Position numbers and translations under genes: made by a program. 64,000 bases of DNA, taken from positions 90,334,001-90,398,000 of the forward strand of contig OX597822.1 of the NCBI GenBank assembly GCA_951406725.2, in the 5' to 3' direction. Under the pieces are notes generated by a model. It saw only the letters and a list, made by a program, of their open reading frames with translations, was not told the DNA's origin and made no database searches. The stretch is from Octopus vulgaris. Lineage: Eukaryota. Shown piece after piece: positions 12,800 through 26,389 of the stretch; the first letter of the stretch is position 1, and each line of letters opens with the position of its first letter.

Positions 12800-13040
12800 T
12801 TTGTCTTGGAAGTACTGGGTGACCTTGTCAACGCAGGTGCCACTTAAAAGCACCCAGTCCACACTGTAAAGTAGTTGGTGTTTGGAAGGGCATCCAGCTA
12901 TAAAATCCTTGCCAAAACTCACCTCGCCTGTGCTTATGCCACATAAAAAAGCACTAAGTCCGCTCTGCTGAGTGGCTGGTGTTAGGAAGGGCATCCAGCT
13001 ATAAAAATCCTGCCAAAACAGTCACAGAAGTTTGGTGCAG
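12800..13040 (+). mobile_element. Repeat related to the RTE tail, with two internal units
   Basis: gtgccacttaaaagcacc and ggaagggcatccagctataaaa each occur twice. Confidence 0.7.
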
Positions 13041-13539
13041 GTGCATTTATGGCTATTAAAGAGTAACTAAATAGATAGATGAATTCTTGGTTCAGTATGG
13101 TCAGATAGAATATTTAACTTTAGTTCAGTGGTCAGTAAAGAGAGCTAAAATGCTAGAAACAGATGCCTAACTTTAGGAGAGGGAATATATTTAAAATTAA
13201 AGGTTAAAAATTAACAATCAAAAAGATTAGTGTAGCCAGAGTATTTCAAAGATACATATGTTAAGGGAATAGGTATTAATAAATGAAGGAAATACATACA
13301 TATACTGTTACAACTGTGAATGTAGAGAGACAGGTGTCACATGTGTTGATTTTGCTTGCATTTGGACCTGTGGAAGAACCTAAAGGTATGATAGAACTTA
13401 TGTTTGCAGGAAGAGAATGTTTCATGTTGTCTATTAAGTAATTGTGCTGAATCATGGATTAATATTTGGAGGGCTTCCTTAAGGCAGAGTCCACATGCAG
13501 AGTACTTGGTTGGGGCTAAGATGCTGGTTCATCCCAAAT

Positions 13540-15612
13540 CTGGTGCTCTTTTCTGTTTTTGGTTGATGCAGCCAATGTCAGCATAAGTGATGCACTACAA
13601 CAGTTGGTTTATGGATTTGGCTAACATTGCCTTTCTTCTCCAGGTGACTGAAACCAGCTGAATCTAAATATAGTACTTTTGGATGAGAATTATCCATAAT
13701 ATACTTAAATGTCAAACATTTTTGACACATGCTGCAAGGTTCTGTTTTCCTTATCTATATGGATCATAGACCACTTGCATCCACATTCAACATGAAGCTT
13801 AATCACTACTCACCTAGAAAAGTCCACCATCTCAACTTTATATCACAGTATACCATGGACATACATTACATCAAGGGTTTCTTCAGCAATTATTGTACTT
13901 TTCCACATATAATTAATCGCATTACATACAACTGTTGCTATTGATCTTCAACAAATCACAATTGATCAGGAAAATGATGAAAAACTTGTAAAGCTCTGGA
14001 ATTCTTCATACTTGAAATTCCAGCTGGTTTCCCCACTGTCTTCTGTGGGTCATATTCAGTGTGACATCTCTACCAATCAGGAACTTGAGCACAAATATGT
14101 ACCACAGGAATATTGACATCAAGCCTTTTTCCTGCTTTGCCCTGTTTGACACATCCTGGTGTCAATTCCAAACAAATATCGACCCATTTATATGGACTGC
14201 TATCGACAAGGACACCCAGGAATAGGCTAGAAGCTGTGTCATTTGTCAAACAGCCAAAATACACTACCATGCCAAGTTGCTACCTAACTCTTTTAAGACA
14301 CCCACTGACTGTTTCCAACATGTGTATATCAACACAAGAGGACCACAGCCTCCTTCTCAGAATCGTATGCATCTGCTAACCTGCATCAACTGATTTCCCT
14401 GACGGTCTGAAGTCTTTTCTCTGTTTGATATTTCAATAGTGGAATCTACTGCCAAAAGTCTGATATTTCACTGGATAACACATTTAGCTATACCTGCAAC
14501 AATCACAATGGAGAGAAAACATCAGCTTAAGTCTCCCCTGTTCACCAAACTGACACATCTTGGGTGTAAAAACATTTGCACAACCTATGATCCCATGGCC
14601 AACAGCATGGTTAAACATTTTCACTGACAGACGAAGTCTGTGCTTAAAGCACACTATGACAGCAATAATTAGTTGGAACACCTTTTCATTCCACCATCAG
14701 GGAAGAAATCATATACACTGGCAGAATTAGTCATTAGCACCACACTCACCTTATCTGGTCAAATGGTCACACGTGTTTCTCCACAAGATTTTCCAAATCT
14801 CTAGTTCCAACGACATAAGCTTTAACATAGGTATATATTCATAATATAGATTGAGTTACGTTCATTGTCTCCAAGCCTGTACGTCCCATCTGTCATCCTC
14901 TGAATGTTGCTACACATATCCTTCTGAACATTAACCAATGCATGCATGTATTTTCATGTACCAGCATAACTTCAACTGCCATGCTCTGAAATCTAGAGTA
15001 CTTGAGAGAAAAATAAAATCTTTTGTTATGGACATTATTCTCTGCATGTACACATGCATCTGAGCTTCACACACATTCATTCACATGAGGTTCACGTATA
15101 CTTTCCACTCACTGCTTTGAAGATTGTCAAATCTTCACACAGCACATCTCTATTTTCTCTGACTGAATGGCAGTTTACCATTTTCGCCTTATTCTATTAT
15201 TTGTATTTCCGTGCAACTTGTGATAGCCTGTATTTAACCTTCAGCCAACACTAATATCTTGCAATTCCCCTGCACACAGCTATTTCTTCACATTTACAAC
15301 TTCACTACACATATTCCATGAGTATCATTTTCTTCAAGTGAATAAATATAACTTCTCATATTGTGTTTTGCTTTTTAATGACAAGTTCACTACTACAAGA
15401 GTATTGTGGGAGATATGTAAGGATTTGTGCAAGGATCAAAACCTAAGTCTTCGCATTAGCTCCCATTGTTCTCTGATTGTACACTTAAAATCCATTTGTT
15501 TAACCTCTCAAGTATGTCATTATCTTAGGTGAAGATGGGGTGTTTCTAAGCAAACCCTATTCAACTTTATTTCAATGACATAAGCTTTAACACAGGTATA
15601 TATTCATAATAT
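13540..15612 (+). mobile_element. Heavily decayed Gypsy/Ty3 LTR-retrotransposon remnant (RNase H, integrase, probable 3' LTR 15416-15612)
   Basis: LAFFSR..KPAESKYSTF, YMDHRPL, HLNFISQYTMDIHYIKG, HPGV, IPATIT and YDPMANSMVKHFH; purine-rich gtgggagata precedes tgtaagg. Confidence 0.75.
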
Positions 15613-15863
15613 CTGTAAAAAAAAGTCAATTCCTTCTGTCACTTTCAGACAGTTTCCTTCTGTCACCTTTAGCCTATTGTAAAGCAATTTCACTGAGATA
15701 TAGTTTTCATATGAACACATTCACTAACAAACTTCTTTCATGCAAATCCTGACCCCTTCCATGACTTTGTGGCAGACTATTATAAGGAAGAACTGGATAA
15801 CAAATTTTCAATGTAAACAAACTGTTATCCACAATACATACTTACGCTTTTTCTTTTCAACTT

Positions 15864-16190
15864 ATCATCATCATTTAGCATCCGTTTTCCATGCTAGCAT
15901 GGATTGGATGGTTCAACTGGGGTCTGGAAAACCAGAAGGCTGCACCAGGCCCAGTCTGATCTGGCAATGTTTCTACAGCTGGATGCCCTTCCTAACACCA
16001 ACCACTCCGTGAGTGTAGTAGGTGCTTTTTATGTGCCACTGGCACAGGTGCCAGACGAGGCTGGCAAACGGCCACGATCGGATGGTGCTTTTTACATGCC
16101 ACCGGCACGGGGGCCAGGTGAGGCTAGCAACGGCCACAATCGGATGGTGCTTTTTACGTGCCACCGGCACATGGCCAGTCGGCCGTACTA
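15864..16190 (-). mobile_element. RTE 3' tail copy with three ~62-bp internal units
   Basis: ggtgctttttacgtgccaccggcac-type units at 16021, 16084 and 16146. Confidence 0.88.
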
Positions 16191-16288
16191 AGTATACATT
16201 ATTTTTCAACATATTTCAATACATCCAGAAATTATCCACTCATTACATCTCACTTGTTTTACACACACATATTATGATTTTACTTAGG

Positions 16289-16590
16289 CATCATCATCAT
16301 CATGCTGAAAACTGGTAAGCTGGGGAGTTGCACCAGGTTCCAATCTGATTTGGCATGGTTTCTATGGCTGGATGCTCTTCCTAATGTCAACCACTCCAAG
16401 AGTGTAGTGGATGCTTTTTATGTGCCACCGGCATGGGTGTCATTGACGTGACACTGACATCAGCCACAACTACAATCTCACTTGGCTTGACAGGTTTTCA
16501 CAAGCACAGTATATCACCAAAGGTCTCGGTCACCTGTCACTGCCTCCGTGTGGCCCAACACTCGAATGGTGCTTTTTGCATGCCAGGCAT
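16289..16590 (-). mobile_element. RTE 3' tail copy (older)
   Basis: (cat)n plus tail motifs shared with 1356-1950. Confidence 0.75.
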
Positions 16591-17121
16591 ATATAAAGAG
16601 TTTTAAAAAATTGTTGAAAAGGTGCTAATTTTGAACAATGTGTTCAGGGGTGCAGTCACTCCCTTTGCTCCACTGTAGTTGCTGCTGACATAACACATGC
16701 AAACTGATAATAATCTTCATTCTTTATTTTCAAGTGTTCATACATTTTGTTCACATAATTTAATTATCATCATCATTGCATATTATTTCCATGAGAATGC
16801 ATTTCATAGAGATCTGTGTTTAGTAATTGTCACCCTATTTAAATTTTCCAATATTTTTTTTTTTGCAGCCATTAAAGTTCTTCTTCACTTTGAAACATTT
16901 AAATAGGATTTATATGATAACATTTTCATCTTGGAACTTTCATTTCGAATATGCAAAACTTCCTTTGTACTTCAGATACTTTCTTTAAAGTATTCTGATA
17001 TGAATTTATATATTCTAGTAATCAGTTTATAGTACAAACATATGATATGTATGAAGGATGCCCGTTGTTTGTGGATAGTGATGGAAATTGGTAGGTACAT
17101 AAGAGATCAGCTTTCTCTTAC

Positions 17122-18055
17122 TTTTCAGCTCATTCGATGGGTTATGTCATCTAACTACCCACTTCATTCCTAATCTGAATCTCACGAGTCTCAGTATATC
17201 CCTAGTTCCTAAAATACATTTCCATGACTGATTGTAGAAGTACCAAACTATCCAAGAAAAAGGGAAGTGAAACTGAGGAAAGTACAAAACGAAGTGATGA
17301 TGCTGACCCTCATGAAGGAACTGGCATTGGATTGCAACAAGAGTTTAGGTGTTATGCTGGGAAAAATCCATCCAACCCATGGACATAAATAATGATGATG
17401 AAAATGTTGAATACATTCTATCAAAGTTCTTTTTTTTTCTAGTAAACTTCATTATGGAGGAAATTATTTTATGAGTTTTTATGTTTTTTATGATAAACTA
17501 TTTAGAAATTTGGTAATAACTTTAAAAAATATTTTTAACAGTATTTTTCAAGAAGCCAAAAGACAAGTTAGGGAAAAAAAATTGCATGTAAAAAAAAATT
17601 CATAACAGTAACAGGCCAGTTTAGAGAAACTGTTTGTTTTCGTTCACATTCTGTTTTTTTTTTTTTGGTCCCATTTTGTTTCTATCGGCTACAGATTGTT
17701 CCGATTGCATCTATGATGTTGATAGCGCTGCGATGCTTAAGAGATATAGCAGCATCTTTATATGTTGCAAATTTTATGTTTAAAAAAAATATAATTTAAT
17801 TTAAAAAAAATTATATTCGAAGGTTCATAGAAAAATTAAGATCAATCAAATCGATATTTTCGTTTCAGATTTATTACCACATTCAGACACTTTTGACGTT
17901 CCATACATAGTGAATATGAATTACGCTGCCATTTCCGCGTGGTCTTCTGCTTGCTTGTAAACCAATCCATTTCCATTTGCAGAGCCAGAAATTCTGACTC
18001 TGGAACGTAAACATATTTCTTGAATATTTTTCCTGTTACAACTATCATTAATCAG
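17122..18055 (-). other. Possible exons (18055-17878 and 17208-17122) of a divergent minus-strand transcript
   Basis: Splice-like sites cttttctttaag| and GTG|gtaata, then tattttag| and AAA|gtaaga; ETS/YY1-like GCGGAAATGGCAGCG at ~17924-17938; no recognisable protein. Confidence 0.25.
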
Positions 18056-18879
18056 CTTAAAGAAAAGTATAATTTATGACTACTATGAATGTGACCTATT
18101 AGAACTATGATAACGGAAGAATACAAACTAAAAGATTCGTGTGGACACTTGGTTCATGAATGTAATTATATGTATGGCTCCTGTTCCAAGCAAATAATCA
18201 ACAAAGATGATGTGGCTAGTTAATAATATTACAATTATTATTAGTGATGGAATACTTGTGAGAAAATCGAAGACATTGTAAAGTATTAATTTACTCAGTT
18301 ATGGATTATTTGAATTCTCATTATCAAACTACCGGATTATTTATTTTCAAATTATTTTCAGTTTCTTTCTGAATTTTTGTTAGATTATGTGTTGCAATGA
18401 GCTTCATGTCAGAATTTTACATTATTACTGTAAAATGTTTTTCGTCAACTTTTCTCCATTTGGAAAGCGTGAATCGATCTCTTTTCGTCAGTGGTCCTAT
18501 TTTGACATAAGCAGAAATTCTATGAAATCTTTGTTGTATTTACAAATCTATTTATGTTGTGAGTGATTATTTTTGTCATGTTTGCTGAATATCAGTAAAA
18601 AGACATTTTCTATACAGTTGCATTTTTATTCTTTAAACATAAAACAATAAAACCAGAATGGAATTACAAAATATACATTTCATAGTCATCTGATTAGAAC
18701 CACTGACATCAAAAGCGCATTTTCCTGTGAAACAGACTGAGACAAACAGGTATTTTTACAGCAATTTGATTTACTGTGAAAAAATTGAAGTTTGTGTCAT
18801 CTGTAGGCAGAAGATTTATGATAAACAAAACTGTTATTGTAATCATCTTATATATATATATATATGATACCGCATATTC

Positions 18880-19048
18880 TATAAGTGAATGTATCGAAAG
18901 AATTGGTAGACGTGATAGGAGCAAAAGGCGGAGTACACAGCGTGACAAAGTTGGAGAAATGGCACGATGATGAGTGAAAGGGGGAGGAGATTTAGTAATG
19001 TCACCATCCACCGACAGAGGACGCTAATGTACGCGTAAAGTATTAAAG
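18880..19048 (+). promoter_or_regulatory. Probable promoter/5' UTR of the host gene
   Basis: Locally CpG-enriched and TE-free in a CpG-depleted window; YY1-like aagatggctgcc overlaps the ATG; a strong donor site follows. Confidence 0.55.
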
Positions 19049-19106
19049 ATGGCTGCCAAGATGGGGATATCCCAACTCAATTGGGAACAGAAATCGCATA
19101 ACGAAG
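19049..19106 (+). CDS. Candidate first coding exon, MAAKMGISQLNWEQKSHNE(G), of an unidentified host gene
   Basis: Good Kozak context aagATGG; in-frame TAA upstream at 19025; consensus donor AAG|gtgagt at 19107 (phase 1). Confidence 0.55.
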
Positions 19107-22100
19107 GTGAGTCGGCCCTTATCATTTATTTCACCTAAATCTGCTGAGGTACTACACTTTAGAAAACCACGAGCTACTTCTATCTCCCTGTGATGATGCC
19201 TTAATAAGCGATTAGTAAGTAGTGGTAGATATAAAAACCAGAACAGTCGTTTTCGTCGAATTAGTTAATTTCTGTATTTTTCTTTCTAAAATTCAGTTTT
19301 ATTTTGTGTTAATCGAATAAAATACATCATATTTAGTCACCGTATATATTATATATGAATAATCACCGCTCCTTTTGTGCGTTTTATTTGCGCTTTATAT
19401 AATATACATGTGTCTACACTGACAAGGGAGTGAAATAAATGCTATAAGCATAATAAAAGAATTCGATATCATTAGGTTTGTTTTGCCATTTGATATTCTT
19501 GTATCCCTTTCAACAGGTCTTGCACTGAAAGACTGGAAAACGACTAATTTGTTTGGTAGTATATAGTATGGTACGACGTTGTTAGTAGTTGTTAGTTGCC
19601 GTGTAAATAGTAGCAGTTTTGAAAGTAGTAGTAGTAGTAGTATGAGTAAGAGATGGCGATGTGTCTACTTCGTGTTGTGACCTAAATTTTTGTGAGAAGC
19701 TTGACTGTTCAACAATTATATTTAGAAAGGATACAGGCATATAGAGAAATCTGTATGTATGGAAGAGAGGGAGAGAGACAGATCGAGATTGGCAACGCAT
19801 TTATATGGTTAATTTCTTTTAAGTACCATTATAACTATTGTTAGATTCTCTTTACCCAACACAGATTTTTCTACATTTATTTAGTTTCGTTTGTAGAACT
19901 TTATTATTGTACAAGTTAATCGTCAGTCATGGTCAAAGTTCTTTGGTTATAATCAGAGCTCACTTTAACATGATGAGAGAGAAGGAGAGAAAAATATTTC
20001 AGATCCTGTCATCTAGTTACTGATATCTTATGACTTTGATTCTGTAAACAATTATATTGTTGAATTGTAAATTTTATTGCTTGATATGATAATTGTATTA
20101 ATTTTAAAAATGGAAATTTATGAAGATCGAAGTAAACACATCTTGCTTCTGAATATATGTTGGTTGACATTTTAACGGAAGTCAGTACATTCAAAGGAAA
20201 TAATTCATAATTGTTTATTGCATATGTTTATAAAATTAAAAGTGTCTTAACATTCGTGTGTCGTATAATTATATCAATTGACAGTGACGTGTAAATTAGT
20301 TGAGGGGTGAGGAAGTTATCTTCGCTGTCTTGACATTCACTCATTATTAGCTATGTCAGTTTACATATCGAGTATAAGTAATACTTTATAGTTATATTGT
20401 TTAAATAAAGCATCGTATTGATGTTTGTCAACTTAACTGTTGTCATACCCCTTTTTTTTGTATCAGATTGGAAAAAATATTTAATTTACACGCGTTCTTG
20501 TAAGAATTTCAAAATATTTTGACAAGTTGATTTACTCTGTTAAAGATTAATCTATTTAGTTACATAATTGATGTTTTGTCTCTTATTTTGTTGATCACAT
20601 TGTTTTCTTTAATTCTTGTTAGGCATTTTTAATGAACTTCTTAGTTCGTATTCTAAGCATGATGCTGTATAATATTTTAATATTTCTTGTTAAATAATGT
20701 AATTTAACAGCTGTTGTATTTATAAATATACAGAATAATTGAGTAGGGCTTGTGTGCATACAGTTTTGATTGAAATTGTTTTATTTTTTAATTTTGCGAA
20801 ATAAACCAAACAGATATTTTTTTTTACCCAATTCATTTCTATTGATTTTCAGATATTTATTTATAATAAATCTTAACTAAATTTAATTTGTTGACCTTAA
20901 ATTTTCTGAAGGTTGTATGTAGAATGTGTTGCTTAAGGCCCTTGTTAGAAAATTTTAAGATTTGCAATTATTTTAGTAGATTTGTATATTCAGGACAGAA
21001 TACGCCTTTTAATTAGTTCAATTTCTGTTAGATATGGTATTGCGACGAGTACTTAGAGATATTCTGTAAATGAATTCTGAATGGATTTTTATAGACACTT
21101 AGACGACCAGTTAATCATTTTATTTTATTTTTAGTCTGTTTATGTTGCTGTGTGTTTACTCTTTAAGTTACATTCGGCTAGGTTCTCCTAATTGAATCAT
21201 TGAAATGTAAAGGTTTAACGAGGTTCTACAGTTTGCGATATATTGTGGTATATATATCACTTAAAATCGGTGACATATTTTTTAATGACACACGGAAACA
21301 TAAACTGATATTGAAACTTATTGTGTGGATAACAGTTAAGCTGTAGTAGTTGGGTTCTTTTTGCGTTTCGTTTGTATATTTAATCAACATTTTTATATTC
21401 TGCTTCGGTTGAAAGAAAACGAGACTTCATTTTAAAATATATTGAAATCAATGTTTTTCTAATCCTTTGACATGCTTCAAGTGAGATCAGTATGAGGTTT
21501 AGACTTACAAATTGCACTCATTTTTTTTTAATTGCCTTCGTATAAAAATAGGTTATTTATCAGATTAAAGTTAACAAATTACTGACATTGCATTTAAAAT
21601 GATCAAATCTTATTAAGGTGATTTTTGTTGTTTATAATATTTATTATATAAGGGCAAGAAATTAATGTTTAGGGCATTATTAAAATCATATATTCTTAAA
21701 TCTATCTGAAATTTCTTTTGTATTTAAATTGTTAAAACTTTGAATAATATTTTTCAGTTTTTATGAGCTTTATTAAAATTGATACTAGATTTTCTCGACG
21801 TTTAATCGTATGTTATACTGAAAACCTATTTTTAATATTTTATTGCTAAATAACTATTTGATATTAATACATTTTAAATTTTTTATTCAGTTTTTCTGTT
21901 TCGAATTTAATATTTAATAAAGTTATGTTAAAAACATCGTTTTTTTCCCCCATTTTTTATTTATCATTAAGAAAATGTAGAACTGATTTCATTACAACGA
22001 GAACTGATATAATGAGTAGAAAAGAGGATGGTCAGTCTTTTCTCATCTCTGATATTTTAAATGTAAGAAATAAAACAAAATAATTGTCTAAATTCATCAA

Positions 22101-24209
22101 ATATATTCATTCTAGAAAGAAAAAAAAAAACTGACATCAGTGACAGCTTTATCCATGACTTAAATCGTGTTGGTGCCAGCACAATTTACCATCACGAAGT
22201 TGGAAGCATTTAGATTGCTGCTACATTGTCATTAACAACTTGACAACTACTTGTAACACTCAACAGGAACTATACTTACAACTCTAAATATGATCAACAC
22301 TACAACTAATACTATTACATATATTATAATTACATTTTCTCGAGGGATAAAAGTCTAAAAAAAATTTGCTTTTAATTAAATAACATGGATTCTAAACTAA
22401 ATGCTTATACATTCTCTTGTGCATTAACTGCGATCTGTTTGTAATCATACTTTATTTGCTCTTAATCGTGCCGCTGACTTAATGATGATAATTTTAATTT
22501 TTTTAGGAGTTTTAAAGATGGCTATGAAACTTATTTGATACATGGTAGAATTTTATTTGTATTTTTGAAATATTGAAAATATTACTTATATATTTTAAAG
22601 TTTAAAGAATATAAAATTCTGCTTCTTGAGATGTATGTAATGCTTTCGAAGTTGTTTAAAAGTTTACTTTCATTCGAAATTTTTATAAAGTTGTTTAAAT
22701 GAATATGTTGGTACAGATTTCCATATGTTTTGTTCAGAAGCATTGGTGAGAGTTTCTCTTTTGTGTTACTAGTTTCAGATTGTTTTTGAAAGGTCAATTA
22801 AAAAGAAATATAGGAGTTCCTTCACTTGTTAATGTATTATTTTAGTTATTTAGGCAGTTACATACTTCATTACGGTGCCCTTTTAAAAAATATTTTCAGT
22901 ATATAACAGTGAATTGTTTGTTTCGTGTTGTAACTGTTTTTATCTGTTCAGTTTTCATACTTACAATAGAAATATTGGAAGATTAATGGAAAATGTTTCA
23001 TTGATTTTCTTTCCTAGTTTTCTAAGATATTTTTCTTTATTTTTCCATTTATTTGCTATAAATATGACTTAATTGGTTGTTTTTTTTTATTGCGTTTGAA
23101 GTTGGTATTCCTGTCAAGATTTGAATTTTAAAATCTATGGTAAAAGCACTGGAGTCAAAATCTTCATAAAAATCTAAGTAATCCCCAAGTCTTTTATGCT
23201 TAATGTACCTTATGTGAATATGAAATAACACCTGCAGTGTCTTACCAGTTCAAACTTAGTTTTCCATGCTTTCATGGGTCATCAGAGAGTTGCTGGAAGA
23301 TTTTTTATTATTATAGCTGAATGTTCTTGTTGCCAACCCTTATCCATTTTCACTTAAGATAATACTTCCCATGACGGTGAGGTTCATTTACAACTATTAC
23401 CCAATGTCAAGTCAATGAGATACAAATGTACAAAAATATATATATATAACAAGCCTTTCAATTTTTGTTAAGCAAATTCCATTCAAAAGGCTTTGGTCAG
23501 CTTTTTGAGTGGTTGGGAAGTGAACATCTCAGCTACATGGTCATACATGGTCTTAAGTTATGAATTCATACAAGATACCTTTATAGAATTGTTTACAAAC
23601 CAGCAAGAAAGTATTTTAAGAATTTGACTTATTCCATCTAGCAGCCAAATTAATAAGTTATGGAACTGGGTGTTTGATGTCTCCAAGCAGACTGACTGAC
23701 TAGAAACTCTAGTCAAGTGCACAATTCCGTCCACATTCTCCAGTTTATAGATCTAATGAAGTACAATTGATTTGAGATAATGGACAAATATTTAAGTTGA
23801 ATTTCCATCAATTAAACATTCATTTCATTAATTTGCATTTAACAGGCATGGGATGTATGGGTTGCTAGCTGTACAAAATACTATTTTGCCTCAATGTTTC
23901 TAAGTTCAATTTTCTTATTGATTATTTGTGCATAAGTTTTCTCAACTTTTATGGATAAATTTTAAATGGTGAGTTGCAAGTATCTGTTAACCTAGCAAAT
24001 GTATTTTTCTTTTTGGCAAAGGATTTTACATTGTTTCCTTAGCTGAAAAGTAATATCTGTCATAAATTGCCAGTAATTCAGTTCAAAAGAGATTTTTCAA
24101 CTAGTTCTTGCATGAGTTTTAGTTTGTGATGAAGTGTCTATTCAACAGTTCTACTTCTCTTTAATGTGGAATTGGTAAAGATAAGTTGACAGATTGTAAT
24201 TTAGATGAG

Positions 24210-24600
24210 CGTAGGTGCAGGCTTGGTTGTGAGGTTTAGAAGCTTGCTTTGCAATTACATAATTTTGGGTTCATTGCTTCTACATGGCAACTAGGGTAAG
24301 TGTCTTCTATTATATCCCTAGGCCTACCAATCTCTTCTAAATTAATTTGGTTGAAGAAAACTGTTGAAGCCCATCATGTGTGTGTGTTTGTATTTACCCC
24401 TCCCCCCATCACTGCTTGACAACTGGTGTTGGTTTGTTTATGAATATATAACTTAATGTTTTGGCAAAAGCGATTGATAGAATAAGTACCAAATTTTTAG
24501 AAAATAAATTTTAGAGGTGACTTGTTTAGCTAAAACCCTTCAAGGTAATATCTCAGCATGACTGCAAACCACTGACTGAAATGAAAAATAAAAGTAAAGA
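24210..24600 (+). mobile_element. SINE family A (old, near full length)
   Basis: Diverged head, CORE-like and tail motifs (cagcatgactgcaaaccactgactgaaa). Confidence 0.75.
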
Positions 24601-25469
24601 TCTTTAGTACATGATTTTGTGTGAAAGTTAGTGCTAGAAATCTGGAAAGCTGGTTTAGTTGGAAACCTCTAATAGTCGCCAGGAATTAGCTTCTACCAAA
24701 AGTAATACATGTCATTTATGTAACTCAGCATACACTTATTACACAAATATGTTTTTTTTTAAATTGTTTCTGAAGAAATACATTTAATGTTTGTTTGCTG
24801 TTAAAAAAACATAACAAAACTTGAAAGTGGACACAAAGTAAAAATTGCATCTACATTTCAATGCAGTGTTTTTTTATATTTCAAAATTCCAACTTTCATT
24901 TTCCTGAACAAAGATTTTGTTTGTTTTTTTCCTTTTTTTTTTTTTTTATAAATTAGAGTAGATAGCATTTTATTAGGTCAGTCCAAAACAGTATTAAGCT
25001 TCAATATTTTGTTTTGAAACAGGTGTTATTTGCAGTGTAGATTTGTGTTCTGTCATTTGATCAGCAGTGATTAAGTATAAAGACACTGTAAGAAGAGCAG
25101 TATTTTCAGCAGCAAATTGATGTTCAGATGATGTTTATTTGCTGTTAGATCATTGATACATAGCTTGTTGAGGCTTCAAATGTTACTACAATTTGATCAA
25201 TGTTAGTGAAAATGTCCTGAAATTATTATTTTTTTTCATAAGTAATGCATTAGTTGGTGAGTTACTAGTAAAAAAAAAATACTTGGCCTACAAAATTTTT
25301 TGTAGGTCTTGAAATAGGTGTTTTTGAAATTACATTGACCTAACCAAAAAGGAGTGGCAATAAAATATTTTATATTCACTGTTAAGTTGATGTTTTAAAG
25401 AGTATACAGTATCATATGAGCAAAACTTTAAATTAATATCTCACTTTTGGTGTGAATCAGTAGCTGTAA

Positions 25470-25660
25470 GTATTCTTCGAAAAATATGGTCCAGTCAGTT
25501 TGTATTCCTTTGCATTCAGATTCCAAACCCTGCTGGGGTTTACTTTACCCTTCATCCTTTCATTGTACTTTGAAATAAGGTACTTACCAAATACTCCAGT
25601 CAGTTTGATCAACTATATCACCTTGAAAAAATGTGTGGTCTTGTCCCTGTGTTGAGCGTC
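25470..25660 (+). mobile_element. Degenerate SINE related to family B
   Basis: gattccaaaccctgctggggtttactttacccttcatcctttc resembles 32386-32430. Confidence 0.55.
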
Positions 25661-26389
25661 ATTATTGTTAGCATTGTCCATAATGGAGGAGCAGAAACAG
25701 TATTGGTCTCCAATGCTTACTGTACTTGTATGAAGAGGAATAACCTAGGTATTATTAGCTTTAAAAGACATGTATGTGACATTAGTTGTAGTCAACAGAA
25801 AAAGATAATGAAAATGTGTAAGGAATGAATCCTTTTAGGTTTCTTCTGACAAAGAATAAAATGAAACATGGAGTTGGGGTCAATTTTTAGTTTGTGTTTT
25901 TGCCTAACCCATTGACTTTACAAACACCCTTGATCTTTTTCTCACCTCTACAATTTCTGTCTCTTATGCACATAAGTATTATTGACCTGAAAACTAAGCA
26001 TAATGGGCATATAATAACTTAGCCTCGTTTAGTGGCACCAAATCAACCACTTGTATCTCAAAGAAACACGCAATCTCCCTATTCTTAATACAAACTAAAA
26101 CTATTTTAGTTTTTACAAATTCTTTTGGTGTTTCATATAAATGCACATAGAATATATCAAAGACCTCATCACAAAGGCTAGACTTCCCCAGTAAGGGTAG
26201 GAATACATCAACTCTGAATTGTTAGTGACCTTTCACAAGCAACATATTTAGAACAATGCAGCTGTGGCATATGCACAAACAGTTGAGATTACATCCAGAA
26301 AATAGTAATCTCACAGGCAAGCTTTTGCTTACTAGTTGCTGACATTACTTTTGAAAATGCTTAGAATATATTATAGCTTCCACTTCTTC

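Noticed and set aside
16021-16190. CRISPR-like regularly spaced hairpin repeats
   Set aside because: The spacers resemble each other, the unit belongs to a dispersed RTE tail, there are no cas genes, and the context is eukaryotic.
19160-19175. aaaaccacgag resembling a U3 snoRNA segment
   Set aside because: The match is short and no other U3 boxes are present.
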